A stretch of 64,000 nucleotides of DNA from assembly GCA_002811645.1 (NCBI GenBank), contig PDIP01000064.1, positions 1 to 64,000 on the forward strand. The letters run 5' to 3'. The notes beneath the pieces are model-generated. The model made no database searches. It had not been told where the DNA came from and saw nothing but the letters and a program-made list of their open reading frames with translations. Positions within the stretch are counted from its first letter, which is position 1. The number at the start of each line of letters is the position of its first letter. A program made the translations under genes and the position numbers. The DNA is from Corallochytrium limacisporum Hawaii. Taxonomy: Eukaryota; Protista; Pluriformea. Shown here one piece after another: positions 1 through 10,154 of this stretch.

Positions 1-457
1 CGGGGGCCCCTTCCCCCAGGGAAAAGGGACGAGGTGGTGTGTGACCCGTCCCCAGCTCTCCCCCGGTTGGGTGCGACGGGTGAGGAGCGGTAGTGGGGGG
101 CTCCTTGGGAGGCGGTCTCGCTCCGCGGCGTTTGTCCGTACCATCGGGTACCCCACGGGTACAATCACTGGACGGTTTCGTGGCCCGGGTGTATAGGGAG
201 GGATGCTGAGCTACACCCCGTGGCGCACCCTTCCGGGGGGGTCAGGACTCCAATTGCTGACTCGGACTCAAGATGGTCTGGAAGCACCAAGGGGACGGTT
301 GGTCTGTTGCGTATCATGTTGTGTGATCTTACTGGGTTTCACTTCGGGTATTTGGAGGCAACGAAACTGTACCACCTTCCCATTTACACCGGACCACAAT
401 TGGATGATCTAGATGTTAGGCGTAGTGAATTTCCATTGAGAGCATACATTTGCAAGA

Positions 458-1240
458 ATGCTGCATAGCTTAGTATCACGCAGTCGTTCACCAGGGTTCC
501 TGGCAGTGTGCCGATCTGCTGTACCCAGGACCGGTGTACTTGGAGTTTATAACCAACAGAATCGTTTCTACACAAGCAAAAAGACTGACGACAGCGACGA
601 AGACAATGGGTCAGACAGTATCAAAAGCCCCTCACGGGAAATGAAGCTCCGGGTTTACACCCGCACAGGCGACAAAGGGCGGTCGTCGCTCTACACTGGA
701 GAGCGCCGTGCCAAGACAGATGAGATATTTGAGGCTCTAGGCACGATTGACGAACTCAGTAGTGCTATAGGTCTTGCACACCAATTCTGCACAGAGTCTA
801 AGAATGACCTACCGCCCGCCCTGGAGAAGATCCAGTGCGTGCTCCAAGACATTGGCTCCAACGTGGCCACTCCGAAAAGCTCTGCAACAGCAAAGCGTCT
901 CGAGAAGGTGGCTTTTCCTTCGGAGCACGTCTCGGACCTAGAGGGCGCCATTGATGCACTCGATGATGACCTTCCTGCGCTGGAAAACTTTATCCTTCCA
1001 TCCGGTGGCCGTGCGAGCAGTGCACTGCATGTCGCGCGGAGCATATGTCGGCGGGCGGAACGGAGAGTGGTTCCTTTAACAGAGAAGGGAGAGACGGATG
1101 CGATGTGCCAAAAGTACCTGAACCGTCTTAGTGACTACCTCTTCACCGCCGCAAGGCACGCATCGCAGCATGACGGTCAGCAGGAGATCATTTACCGTCG
1201 ACCTGAGCATTCAGCATCAGCGTCATCTTCGTCATCGTAA
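458..1240 (+). CDS. MMAB: ATP:cob(I)alamin adenosyltransferase (PduO/cblB type), mitochondrial precursor
   Basis: PduO motifs VYTRTGDKG, FEALGTIDELSS, FILPSGG, ARSICRRAER, KYLNRLSDYLF; Arg/Ser-rich N-terminus resembling a mitochondrial presequence. Confidence 0.95.
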   Translation: MLHSLVSRSRSPGFLAVCRSAVPRTGVLGVYNQQNRFYTSKKTDDSDEDNGSDSIKSPSREMKLRVYTRTGDKGRSSLYTGERRAKTDEIFEALGTIDELSSAIGLAHQFCTESKNDLPPALEKIQCVLQDIGSNVATPKSSATAKRLEKVAFPSEHVSDLEGAIDALDDDLPALENFILPSGGRASSALHVARSICRRAERRVVPLTEKGETDAMCQKYLNRLSDYLFTAARHASQHDGQQEIIYRRPEHSASASSSSS

Positions 1241-1500
1241 AGTAGACTTCATATAGAGCAGTTAGAGGAAATAGATGCCATGTAGATAGGACAACCCCAT
1301 TTGGCTTTAATTCAAGGTTGTTTATATTGAAACATTTGATGATAGTGATCAAGAACCCTGCAGAGTATGGGTCGCACATAAACCCCAAGAGACGATATAT
1401 TGTCTCAGGAGATCAAATGTGGGCCAGCACCCCGCTAGTTCCATCATTCCATGGTGCCTCTGATCAGTGCACTTTCAAAATATGGGGAGTAGTATTGAAA

Positions 1501-2013
1501 TTAGAGCTGACCACAGTCGGCAATGGTGCACTGCTTCTTGGTGGCACCGGACTGAGAGCCAACAGCCTCAAGCTTATCCAGGACATCCATACCCTCGACG
1601 ACCTGTCCGAAGACGGTGTGCTTACCATCGAGCCAAGGGCACTCAACGAAGCACAGGAAGAATTGGGAGCCGTTGGTGTTGGGGCCAGCGTTGGCCATAG
1701 ACAGAATACCGCGACCAGTGTGCTTCAGGTTGAAGTTCTCATCGGCGAACTTGGCACCGTAGATGGATTCACCACCAGTACCGTTGCCGCGGGTGAAGTC
1801 ACCACCCTGGGCCATGAAGCCGTTGATAACACGGTGGAAGGAAGAGCCCTTGAAGTGGAGGGGCTTGCCGGACTGGCCGGTTCCCTTCTCTCCAGTGCAC
1901 AGAGCACGGAAGTTCTCGGAGGTGCGAGGAGTATCCTTAGACAGGTCAATGACGACACGGCCAGCAGGGGCGCCACCGATGTTGACGTCGAGGAAAACCT
2001 TAGCGTAAGACAT
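1501..2013 (-). CDS. Cyclophilin-type peptidyl-prolyl isomerase (CypA-like, 170 aa)
   Basis: [48 protein letters not shown]; start placed at the second ATG (MSYAKVFLD) by family length. Confidence 0.95.
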   Translation of the reverse strand: MSYAKVFLDVNIGGAPAGRVVIDLSKDTPRTSENFRALCTGEKGTGQSGKPLHFKGSSFHRVINGFMAQGGDFTRGNGTGGESIYGAKFADENFNLKHTGRGILSMANAGPNTNGSQFFLCFVECPWLDGKHTVFGQVVEGMDVLDKLEAVGSQSGATKKQCTIADCGQL

Positions 2014-2560
2014 GACTCTGAGTGTAGGTCTCATTGAATATCAACTAACTATGATATTGACAGTTACCGTGCAGATGTGTCAATTCTCATATAGTTTATC
2101 TATGCTTTATGATCTCAAATACTAGTTGTGCTACACAACGCTGTCAGTTGTCAGCATCTTATTGCCCGTGAGATTGGACTTTGAGGGATCCGGACTGCTC
2201 TTAGCAATTCACAAACAGACCGGGGATCCCCACGATGCAGTGGTCTATTCTTACCATCATCAATCACTGTGTGTTGTGTGTATGCGCAAAATCCCCAAGG
2301 CAAAACACAACAACACACACATTCTTGCATGTGTATCGCCGGTTCACCGATTGCTTCATGGCCCCCCTGGTTCTTTAACACTGCTGCACATTTCACTAGT
2401 CCACATTGGTGACATCAAGAATGTTGATGAATGATAATCATCACCCTAGAACATAGAACAACTGGTGTTATTGTGTGCCAAACAATAACAATGAAACGGT
2501 TCCACACATACACACATACACAGAGTACAGTGCATCACCCGGTAAACGACCCACTCAGCG

Positions 2561-2680
2561 CACACACACACACACACTCACACACACACACACTCACACT
2601 CACACTCACTCACACTCACACACACACACACTCACACTCACACTCACACTCACACTCACACTCACACTCACACTCACACA
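2561..2680. repeat. Compound (CA)n/(CACACT)n microsatellite
   Basis: Visible tandem CA and CACACT units over about 120 bp. Confidence 0.95.
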
Positions 2681-4280
2681 TGCACACTGCCCAACAACAT
2701 TCGACTAATCCTCAATAATCGGGTACGGACGTGCGGCCTTAGCGGTGTTCGTTTTATGTGTGTTGGCCCCCCCCCTCACCACCACCACACATACACACAC
2801 TCGCCCCCAAGCACGAGTACTTGTGCACTCTGCGCCACGGGGTCGGGACCCAAAGGTTTTTTCATTTCTCTTTGCACAGCGGCAGGGTGCCGGGTTTTTG
2901 GGGGGCACATCGTTTCTGGTTCCGTCTCGCAATAACACCCACCCCAAGCATGGAGAGGTGGTTGCTTCAGTATAGATCTGGCCCAGTGGTATTCGGGTCG
3001 CCCACCCCTCCCTGGCCCTTAATTTTCCTTGTCTTTGTGTTGAACACGAACCGGTGCTTATACGGCTCACGTGGTGCCTCAAAGTGCGGCCATGAGGTGG
3101 CACCTCTGCTGTAGTATTGAAAGTACGGTATTCTCTCGCATAATTCTAGTCCGAGCGTGCACTTTGGTTTGCCGTCAACGTTGCTTCTGTGCCAGATGAA
3201 AGGGCAACGCACCGGTCGCCCACAGCTCGGCACAAACTCAGTACTGTACCTACTGCGAAGCGCCACGGTGGACAAAACAAAGACAATAAAAAAATGAAAA
3301 TAGGAATGTGAATTGGGCGAAACAACACGGCCTCTTACACACACCCACACACCCTGAAAAGAAATACAATACTTAAATGTTCCGTAGTTGGTACTTTGGT
3401 ATTAAGAAAAAGCCAAAACGAGAGAAGACGAGAGAAAGACAAAGGGAATCCACGGAGACGCCTCCCCTCCTCACCCTCCTCGCTACATTCAAAATACACA
3501 GTGGGAGAGAGCAAAGCGAGTTTGGGCATTTTGCTGGGGAGGTTTAGGGGGAAGGGGCAGCAGCAGAAGCCGGTCTGGAGAAAATACGAAGAACCACACT
3601 GCCCGAGAGTTTTGGGGGGGGGGGCCAAGTACCCAACGCACCGCAGCAGGAGGGGAAGGGGCGGGGGGGCCAAACAGCCACCGGTTCCCTCGTAGGCCTT
3701 TCACACTGGGGAAGGGGGTAGCTCCTGGGACCAAAATGCATAACCATATAATCATATACGGACTTTAAATTGTCGTGAAATATTTCATAATCAGGAATCT
3801 GAGAAAAACCCGTCCCCAGGCTCTGCGGGGAGAGGAGGCGTCACCCCACGTTTTTTTGGTTTTTTGGAACAGTAGCGAATGTACCGAACGGTCGGTATGT
3901 GCAAGGGTGCCCCGTGCCAGCCAGTTAAAAAATTTCCAGAACACACTCGGGACGTGGTTCGTTACCGCTCGTTTGGGCCGCTGTTCACTGCGGCCACCCC
4001 TCCTCTCTCCCACTTTGTGAGGGTCTCTCTCTACCGAAGTCCTACTTTACTTCCTCCCTTCGTTCTTGCACTACGGGAAGAAAAAAAAAAACAGGGCGAG
4101 GGGCAAGGGCGGGCACAATAGGTGCTGACCTGGCCTGACCATCTGCGGGGTCGATGGGGTGGTCTCATCGTCCAGCAATTTTCTTGGCGTATGCTATTTC
4201 AGAATCAACGAGAAACTGCACGTTGAATATTTGTCAGATGTGTTTACAAATAATCTCGACTTCATCACAAATAGGCAACC

Positions 4281-5348
4281 ATGGTGGCTACGGGAACAAC
4301 CGTGAACAACCTGGAGGAGCTGAAATCGGCCCTAAGCAAGGTGCCTCCGAGCGCTGTGTGCGGTATTCATTTCGTTGCAAGCTGGGCTGAACCATGCAAA
4401 CAGATTAACGATGCTTTGGCTGAGATTACCAAAACTCGTCCGGGCTTCCACTACTACATTGTCGACGCGGAGGAGGTAGAGGACGTTACAGAGGAATATG
4501 AAGTAGAGAGTGTGCCTACCGTTGTGTTCGTGCGACCCATGGCTCCATTGACAGCCGTCGATCAGGTTGTGGGTGCAAATGTACCCGAACTGGTGGCAAA
4601 GGTAAAGAAACTGGCGGATCAGGCCGCTGCTGCTGCAGCTGCAGTGAAGCCGGCCGGAACTGGTACCGCAGCCCCTGCCCAGGCCGCCGCAGCTGGCGCA
4701 GCAGCCACAAACGGTGCCTCGGCAGAGAACCTGGATGGTCGCCTGAAGCGCCTCATCAACGCTGCTCCGGTGATGCTGTTTATGAAAGGCATTCCCACGG
4801 AACCTCGCTGTGGTTTCAGTAACCAGATGATTGGTCTTCTGGAAGAACAGAACATCAAATACCAAACGTTTAATATTTTGGCAGACAATGAGGTGCGCGA
4901 GGGTCTCAAAAAGTTCAGCGATTGGCCCACTTATCCGCAGTTGTACATTGACGGCGAACTGATCGGGGGTTTGGATATTGTGAAGGAAATGATTGAGAGT
5001 GGAGAGTTTGCGGAGACAATCCCTGACGCTGCCAAAAAGGAGGACCTGAACACGCGACTGGAGAAGATTATCAAGTCCAACGAAGTGATGCTTTTTGTGA
5101 AGGGTGATCGGGATACCCCTCGCTGTGGTTTCAGCAGGCGTCTCATGGATATGTTCAAGGACCGTGGTATTGACTTTGAGTCCTTCGATATTCTTCAAGA
5201 TGAAGAGGTACGCCAGGGTCTGAAGAAGTACTCTGACTGGCCTACTTACCCGCAGGTCTACGTCCGCGGTGAACTCATCGGTGGTCTAGATATCGTCCAA
5301 GAAATGATCGACAATGGTGAGTTCGCCACCGTTCTTCATGGAGAGTAA
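4281..5348 (+). CDS. GLRX3: Monothiol glutaredoxin GLRX3/PICOT (Trx + two CGFS Grx domains)
   Basis: Trx-like WAEPC, Ala-rich linker, two PRCGFS...WPTYPQ..GELIGGLDI repeats; start context caaccATGG. Confidence 0.95.
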   Translation: MVATGTTVNNLEELKSALSKVPPSAVCGIHFVASWAEPCKQINDALAEITKTRPGFHYYIVDAEEVEDVTEEYEVESVPTVVFVRPMAPLTAVDQVVGANVPELVAKVKKLADQAAAAAAAVKPAGTGTAAPAQAAAAGAAATNGASAENLDGRLKRLINAAPVMLFMKGIPTEPRCGFSNQMIGLLEEQNIKYQTFNILADNEVREGLKKFSDWPTYPQLYIDGELIGGLDIVKEMIESGEFAETIPDAAKKEDLNTRLEKIIKSNEVMLFVKGDRDTPRCGFSRRLMDMFKDRGIDFESFDILQDEEVRQGLKKYSDWPTYPQVYVRGELIGGLDIVQEMIDNGEFATVLHGE

Positions 5349-5992
5349 GCTCCACGTGCCTGCTCCAATCGCCGTCCAATTGACCATCAATCATCTTTCC
5401 ATCATCCATTTTTCTTTTGCATTTCAACTATCCGTTGTTAAACACATCATTAAATGTTGCCATGGCTGGCAACCATGTTCATTCTCCAGCCTTTCCTCTA
5501 TTCACAGTCACATTCATGGCGTACGTTCAGGGTCGCCGCCAAGAATCGCACTGCGAACGCTCGACTGCTGCAGACCCACCCCAGCCGTCTCCCCCCTTCC
5601 TCCCCCTTTCTCAACAGACCAAAAATGGACCCCTCCTCCATTCTATCTTTCAGGAGACCTGCGTTGCGGTAACCAACCATTCATTCGGGCAAGGGGTGGC
5701 GATCTGCGGCGGGTAGCACGGTGTTGAGTGTGCTCGTGGTGTATTTGGTGCAGGAAATGCTAAACCACTACCGCATGAAGGCCTGTCAGGATAATCTGGC
5801 ACGCAAGACTCTGATCGATCAACCGTTCTTGATCTAAACTAAATCCACATCAGCAACGCATGGCACCCTTCTCCGCTATCCTCGTCGTCTGCTCGGTCAT
5901 CATCCAACTGTCAATAAAACCACATTGTATCTTCAATCAATAAAACCTGTTTCAGTTGGAGTATGTATTAAGCCAATCTACGCACACCGACA

Positions 5993-8206
5993 TCATGCGT
6001 GTTCGTCTCCTATTCGGTACGTCCCCTGAGCAGTGTGATGCTGTGCGAAATGGACCATATCCTCCTCCTCAATGATACTCACCTTGTGACAGAAGCAGTT
6101 ATACAGCAAGGTAAAAAGCCCACCGCACAAGTGCAGAAGAATGGCAGTGTTCACTGTGAGCAATAGCAGAGCTCTTATAATCGGCAGGAGCCACAGCCGC
6201 GAGTTCACGACCGAAGTGGGGTCTGTTGCGGGTGACGGAGGTTGGCCAGCCCTTACCCCACCGCCAGTGTGCGTCATGGCCTCCAGAACACGGCCCACCT
6301 GTGGTGTCGCAATGCACGCCCCGCGCGGATTGCGGCCCAAAGTGCACCATGATGGGTCCGTGCCCATATCCGGAAAGGTCTGTGCTCCGTAAGCAGCGTA
6401 ATTCGGGTAGAGAACAGCGATTAGCGCAATGAAGAAGAGCACAGAGCCCGTAAGGTAGAGCAAGAGTGCAGCAATGGAATGGCGTCTTGATCGACCAGTC
6501 TGAAGCCGGAAACGGAACACGGACGATGGGTTGAGCTCCTGCTCACCCAACAAACGGCGTTGGTAATCCTCCTCAGCTTGAGCAATAATGTCTCGGTGAT
6601 GTTGATCTCGTTCCGGGTCCGCACTGACCAAGGTCGCATCGTAGTTGCTAGTTTCGCGAGTTGCAGAGGAAAAGATACTAACACGGGCGCCAACGCCCTC
6701 TAAAATCTCTGGCACACGCATGCGGTCTAGTTCCCGCGATGTGACCCGTAGACTAGCGACTACACAGCCCAGCATGACCAGGACATAGAGGGTGACCAGA
6801 ATTAGATCAAACGGATAGTTCTCGCCCGCGAGATGCCGAAGAATGTCCTCGCCCGTGTCGATGTGTTCACGGCAGAACCAAACGGCTTCGGTAGTGACAT
6901 TAACTAGACCGCTGCGGGCCAGGAGGACAATGACCGACTCGATGCCACCGCAGGTCAAGGATGCCCAGAGACCGAGACCCATAAGCAGGATGATAGGCCA
7001 GATGCAGAGCAGTACCAAGGTTACGCAGCCTTCCCATACAAAGCACATGATACTACTGCACGATACACTCGAGCAGATGGAGAGCGGCTGCCGGCTCCGA
7101 ATGCGGGATGAAGGAGCGCCGGCGCTAAGCACCTGATCGTAGTCGTCACGGTGATGGTTCGCGCGTCGATCCTCGGGATAACCTTCAGTAGTCATAGATG
7201 TCCCAGTCAATAGGGGCGTGCGCTCAGTGGCCGGCGCGTTGGCGTCTTCAATCGGAGAGCGGAAAGACGGCCCCGGACTGGTTTCACCGACCACCGACTC
7301 GTATGACTCCGCTGGGAGCAACGGACTGTTCTGGTCACGAGAGTTCTGATCATTCAGGAGCGCGTCAATGACTTCTTCGTCAGAATTATTGCTGCCGCAG
7401 ATGCCGTCCCGGATGCGGCCACCAATGGTCGTGAACAGAAGGCGTGGAAAGCCCGGAATGACGAGCATAAGAAAGGGCACGATACCACCCATGGCCATGA
7501 CGACCAGAGGAACGAAGACGACGTGATTACCGAAATGAACCCAGGGACTAGTAGCAGCGTGTGCAGATGCACTGTGCTCTGGGGGTGGAAGCGCACCAAA
7601 ACCCGGCGGTGGTTTGCTTGCCTCGGCGTTGCCGATACTGCCGGCATCATCTGCATCCCCCCAATTGTTTTCTTCAAAGGCATGTCCCGATACGATACTA
7701 ATGCCAACGCTTAGGACCACAAGTCCGACCCATGTGGCCAGTCCCTCAACCATGACCAGCAGGGACTTTCGTTGGGTCGCCTCCCATGGCAGGAAGATCA
7801 GGGCCCACATAAGGAAGAGTGCGCTGACGCAGAGGAATACAACGCCTTCAACATTCAACAGCAGCTCCTCCATGCCCGCATGCGATGAGATCCAATAATG
7901 CCAGAGGCCATTCTCGTTCTTCATTGAGTCTACAGACGAGCCAGCGGTACTCACAACAAAGGCTGGAAATGTAATGATCGCCGTCATAGGCATTGCCAGA
8001 TAGAATACGATCCCGACATTGTGTGCCTTGTCGTGGAGAAAGTTATGTACGACTAGCATGCTGATGGTATATCCCAAGGTTATTGCAGTCCCGAACGGTA
8101 TGTATGTGAACATAAAATACTTGGTTTCATAGTCAAGTTTCAAAAAACTGCTCACAAGTGCGATTATGGGACTGTCATCCCAAGGCACTTCTTCCACAGA
8201 CGACAT
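5993..8206 (-). CDS. LMBRD1: Divergent LMBRD1/LMBR1-family multi-pass membrane protein (lysosomal cobalamin escort-like)
   Basis: About 9-10 hydrophobic segments. The C-terminal half follows the recalled LMBRD1 motif order: YPFDLILVTL (FPLDYILITI), RLQTGRSR (KIRRGRTR), LYPNYAAYGAQTF (LAPQYVMYGSQNY), paired lumenal Cys, CFCHKVSIIEEED. Dileucine signal ERTPLL at 7208-7225. First in-frame ATG is 8206; the ORF-track start is non-ATG. Confidence 0.7.
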   Translation of the reverse strand: MSSVEEVPWDDSPIIALVSSFLKLDYETKYFMFTYIPFGTAITLGYTISMLVVHNFLHDKAHNVGIVFYLAMPMTAIITFPAFVVSTAGSSVDSMKNENGLWHYWISSHAGMEELLLNVEGVVFLCVSALFLMWALIFLPWEATQRKSLLVMVEGLATWVGLVVLSVGISIVSGHAFEENNWGDADDAGSIGNAEASKPPPGFGALPPPEHSASAHAATSPWVHFGNHVVFVPLVVMAMGGIVPFLMLVIPGFPRLLFTTIGGRIRDGICGSNNSDEEVIDALLNDQNSRDQNSPLLPAESYESVVGETSPGPSFRSPIEDANAPATERTPLLTGTSMTTEGYPEDRRANHHRDDYDQVLSAGAPSSRIRSRQPLSICSSVSCSSIMCFVWEGCVTLVLLCIWPIILLMGLGLWASLTCGGIESVIVLLARSGLVNVTTEAVWFCREHIDTGEDILRHLAGENYPFDLILVTLYVLVMLGCVVASLRVTSRELDRMRVPEILEGVGARVSIFSSATRETSNYDATLVSADPERDQHHRDIIAQAEEDYQRRLLGEQELNPSSVFRFRLQTGRSRRHSIAALLLYLTGSVLFFIALIAVLYPNYAAYGAQTFPDMGTDPSWCTLGRNPRGACIATPQVGRVLEAMTHTGGGVRAGQPPSPATDPTSVVNSRLWLLPIIRALLLLTVNTAILLHLCGGLFTLLYNCFCHKVSIIEEEDMVHFAQHHTAQGTYRIGDEHA

Positions 8207-10154
8207 ATTTTCGTGTGTATCCTGCTTGCATGTGCAGGTTGAATTTATCTCCTGGCAGTGCCAATGGTTCTTTTCCCACAATAATGTCCCATTCCCACAG
8301 GCTCTAGAGCTCAATGACCGGGCACATTTACGATTTACACGCGTATTCGCGAAATCATGGACACAATGAGATGTTTCTAGTGCTTGTTTCACCGTCGTCA
8401 CTGACTTTTTTCCACCTTCATTGCACAGATCAAAGGAAACTAAAGTATTGAAACACACAGACACCAATGCCGAACATAAACGTGAGCGTTCGACAACAAA
8501 AAACAAAGATTGAAACAAGCCCCACTTCGGGACCCACTGCGCACCCTTCCGTGCAGCGTTTGGTCCCCCCCTCTTCGACTCTGGGCACTAGCCTCGCTCC
8601 CTCACCCGAGCGGTGGGGTAGTCGGGCGGCGAGCTGCATACAAAGACTGCAAAAAGCGGCGGCCCGCAGAAGGCCCCCCCCCGCGGTGGGACGGTGAGGA
8701 GGGAGGCGAAGAGGTTGAGCGCGGCGGCGGGAAGGGTGGCGGCGGTTGGGACCCGACGGGTATTCGAGCCGACCCGGCCCGCAGTGGTTAAATACAAAAC
8801 TCATCGCCTTTCCACCTCTGAGTCTCTCCACAGGGCCCCCGGGGGGGGGGCCTTCCCGTTTCTCTCTCTCTTCCTTCCCCATTTATTTTGCCTGCCCCCC
8901 CCCCCTGTTCAAACTTCCCCCTCTCCCTCCCCCAACTTCCGGCGGGTCTTGGATCGCGGGTGTTTTTATTGCGTAATGCTCTTCCCCATTCATCCGCCGT
9001 GAAAAATTAGACTCCCTTTCTCACCGTGGCTGTGACCGCTCTGGGAAGTCCGCAATCGGAGGGCTTTTCTTTGGCAGGGTATTCATAATTAGGCCCCGAT
9101 GCCGTATCTATCGTTGTGCGTACCCAAACCAAAGTAAGGGGACAGCTTCCTGGCCTTTTTCCATCGCATGAAGGGCACGCAGTGACCGACCGAACGGGCA
9201 TCCAGGACCGAAACCCCAACGCCAGAAACTTCAACACACCCGAAGCATGTGCTACAACTCTCTGACCGTTCTGGATGTCGAAGCATTCCTGCATCCGCCC
9301 CAGGCGCTGAGAAGTGACTGCAAGGTGTCCGGCCCCCGTGCGTGTGTGCGTCTGTACGTGTAGGGGTGACTGTGCACAGAGAATCTTTCCCTTTGATATT
9401 TCCTGCTGCTGGGCGTACTGTCGCTCTCTTTGTGCGTGAATGGGCGCCCGCCACGGCCCTGAGGGGGTCAACCCCCCCCCCTTCTACCCCGCGTTGACCA
9501 CGGAAAAAAAATCACTCTCTTTTTTTTTCCATATTTTTCTATCATCGTTTGCCTTTTTCCCGGTTCGGGTTGTCTCGTGCAAACTCTACCGCGCTCGGGA
9601 AACCCCCGGGGCGGGGGGGGGGTTGTCGAGGACATTCTTGTACGCAGGCCCGGGAAAAGCCGGGTGGGGCTTCGGCAGGTGAAGAAGGAAGGGGGGGGCC
9701 CAGACAGGTCGGGGCGAAGGGCAGAGGGGGAGGGGGAAGGGAGGGGGGTGGTGAGACTATGGGGCAGTCTCTGCGGGGAGAACGTAGGCGGGGGAAAAAA
9801 AGCCAACTCACGCTCTTTCCAGGAGCAAAGACAGTTTTGAATTAACTCGCTTCTTCCGCAACAAAACTGACTCGACGTGTGGCTTTTTCACTGAAGAGCT
9901 GGCCTGAATTATTTTATCCATTAGTGATCCTGGCTTTGACGTGCTATTTGTGGTTAACAAGGTTGTTGTCAACAAGTGATTTGGGCCAGTGTCACACGAG
10001 TACAGCGACGGCAAAAATTCATATGAGGCAGATATCAATCAAAATCTTTGGAAAAGAATAGCCTGGAGCATGAGTAACAGGAGGGCTGTAGCTTTATCCT
10101 TGTATTCAATGCACACGTAGACAGGCAATAGCAAAAGTTGGATACCAGCACACC

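Noticed and set aside
2431-2718. His/Thr/Ser-repeat ORFs
   Set aside because: Translations of the CA/CACACT microsatellite
5651-5662. CAGGAGACCTGC, resembling the cobalamin riboswitch B12-box, between GLRX3 and the LMBRD1-like gene
   Set aside because: No upstream GGGAA/GGTG..AATCC/CCCGC.ACTGT core, and it is antisense to the LMBRD1-like gene; a lone 12-mer is likely chance (an Infernal scan would settle it)
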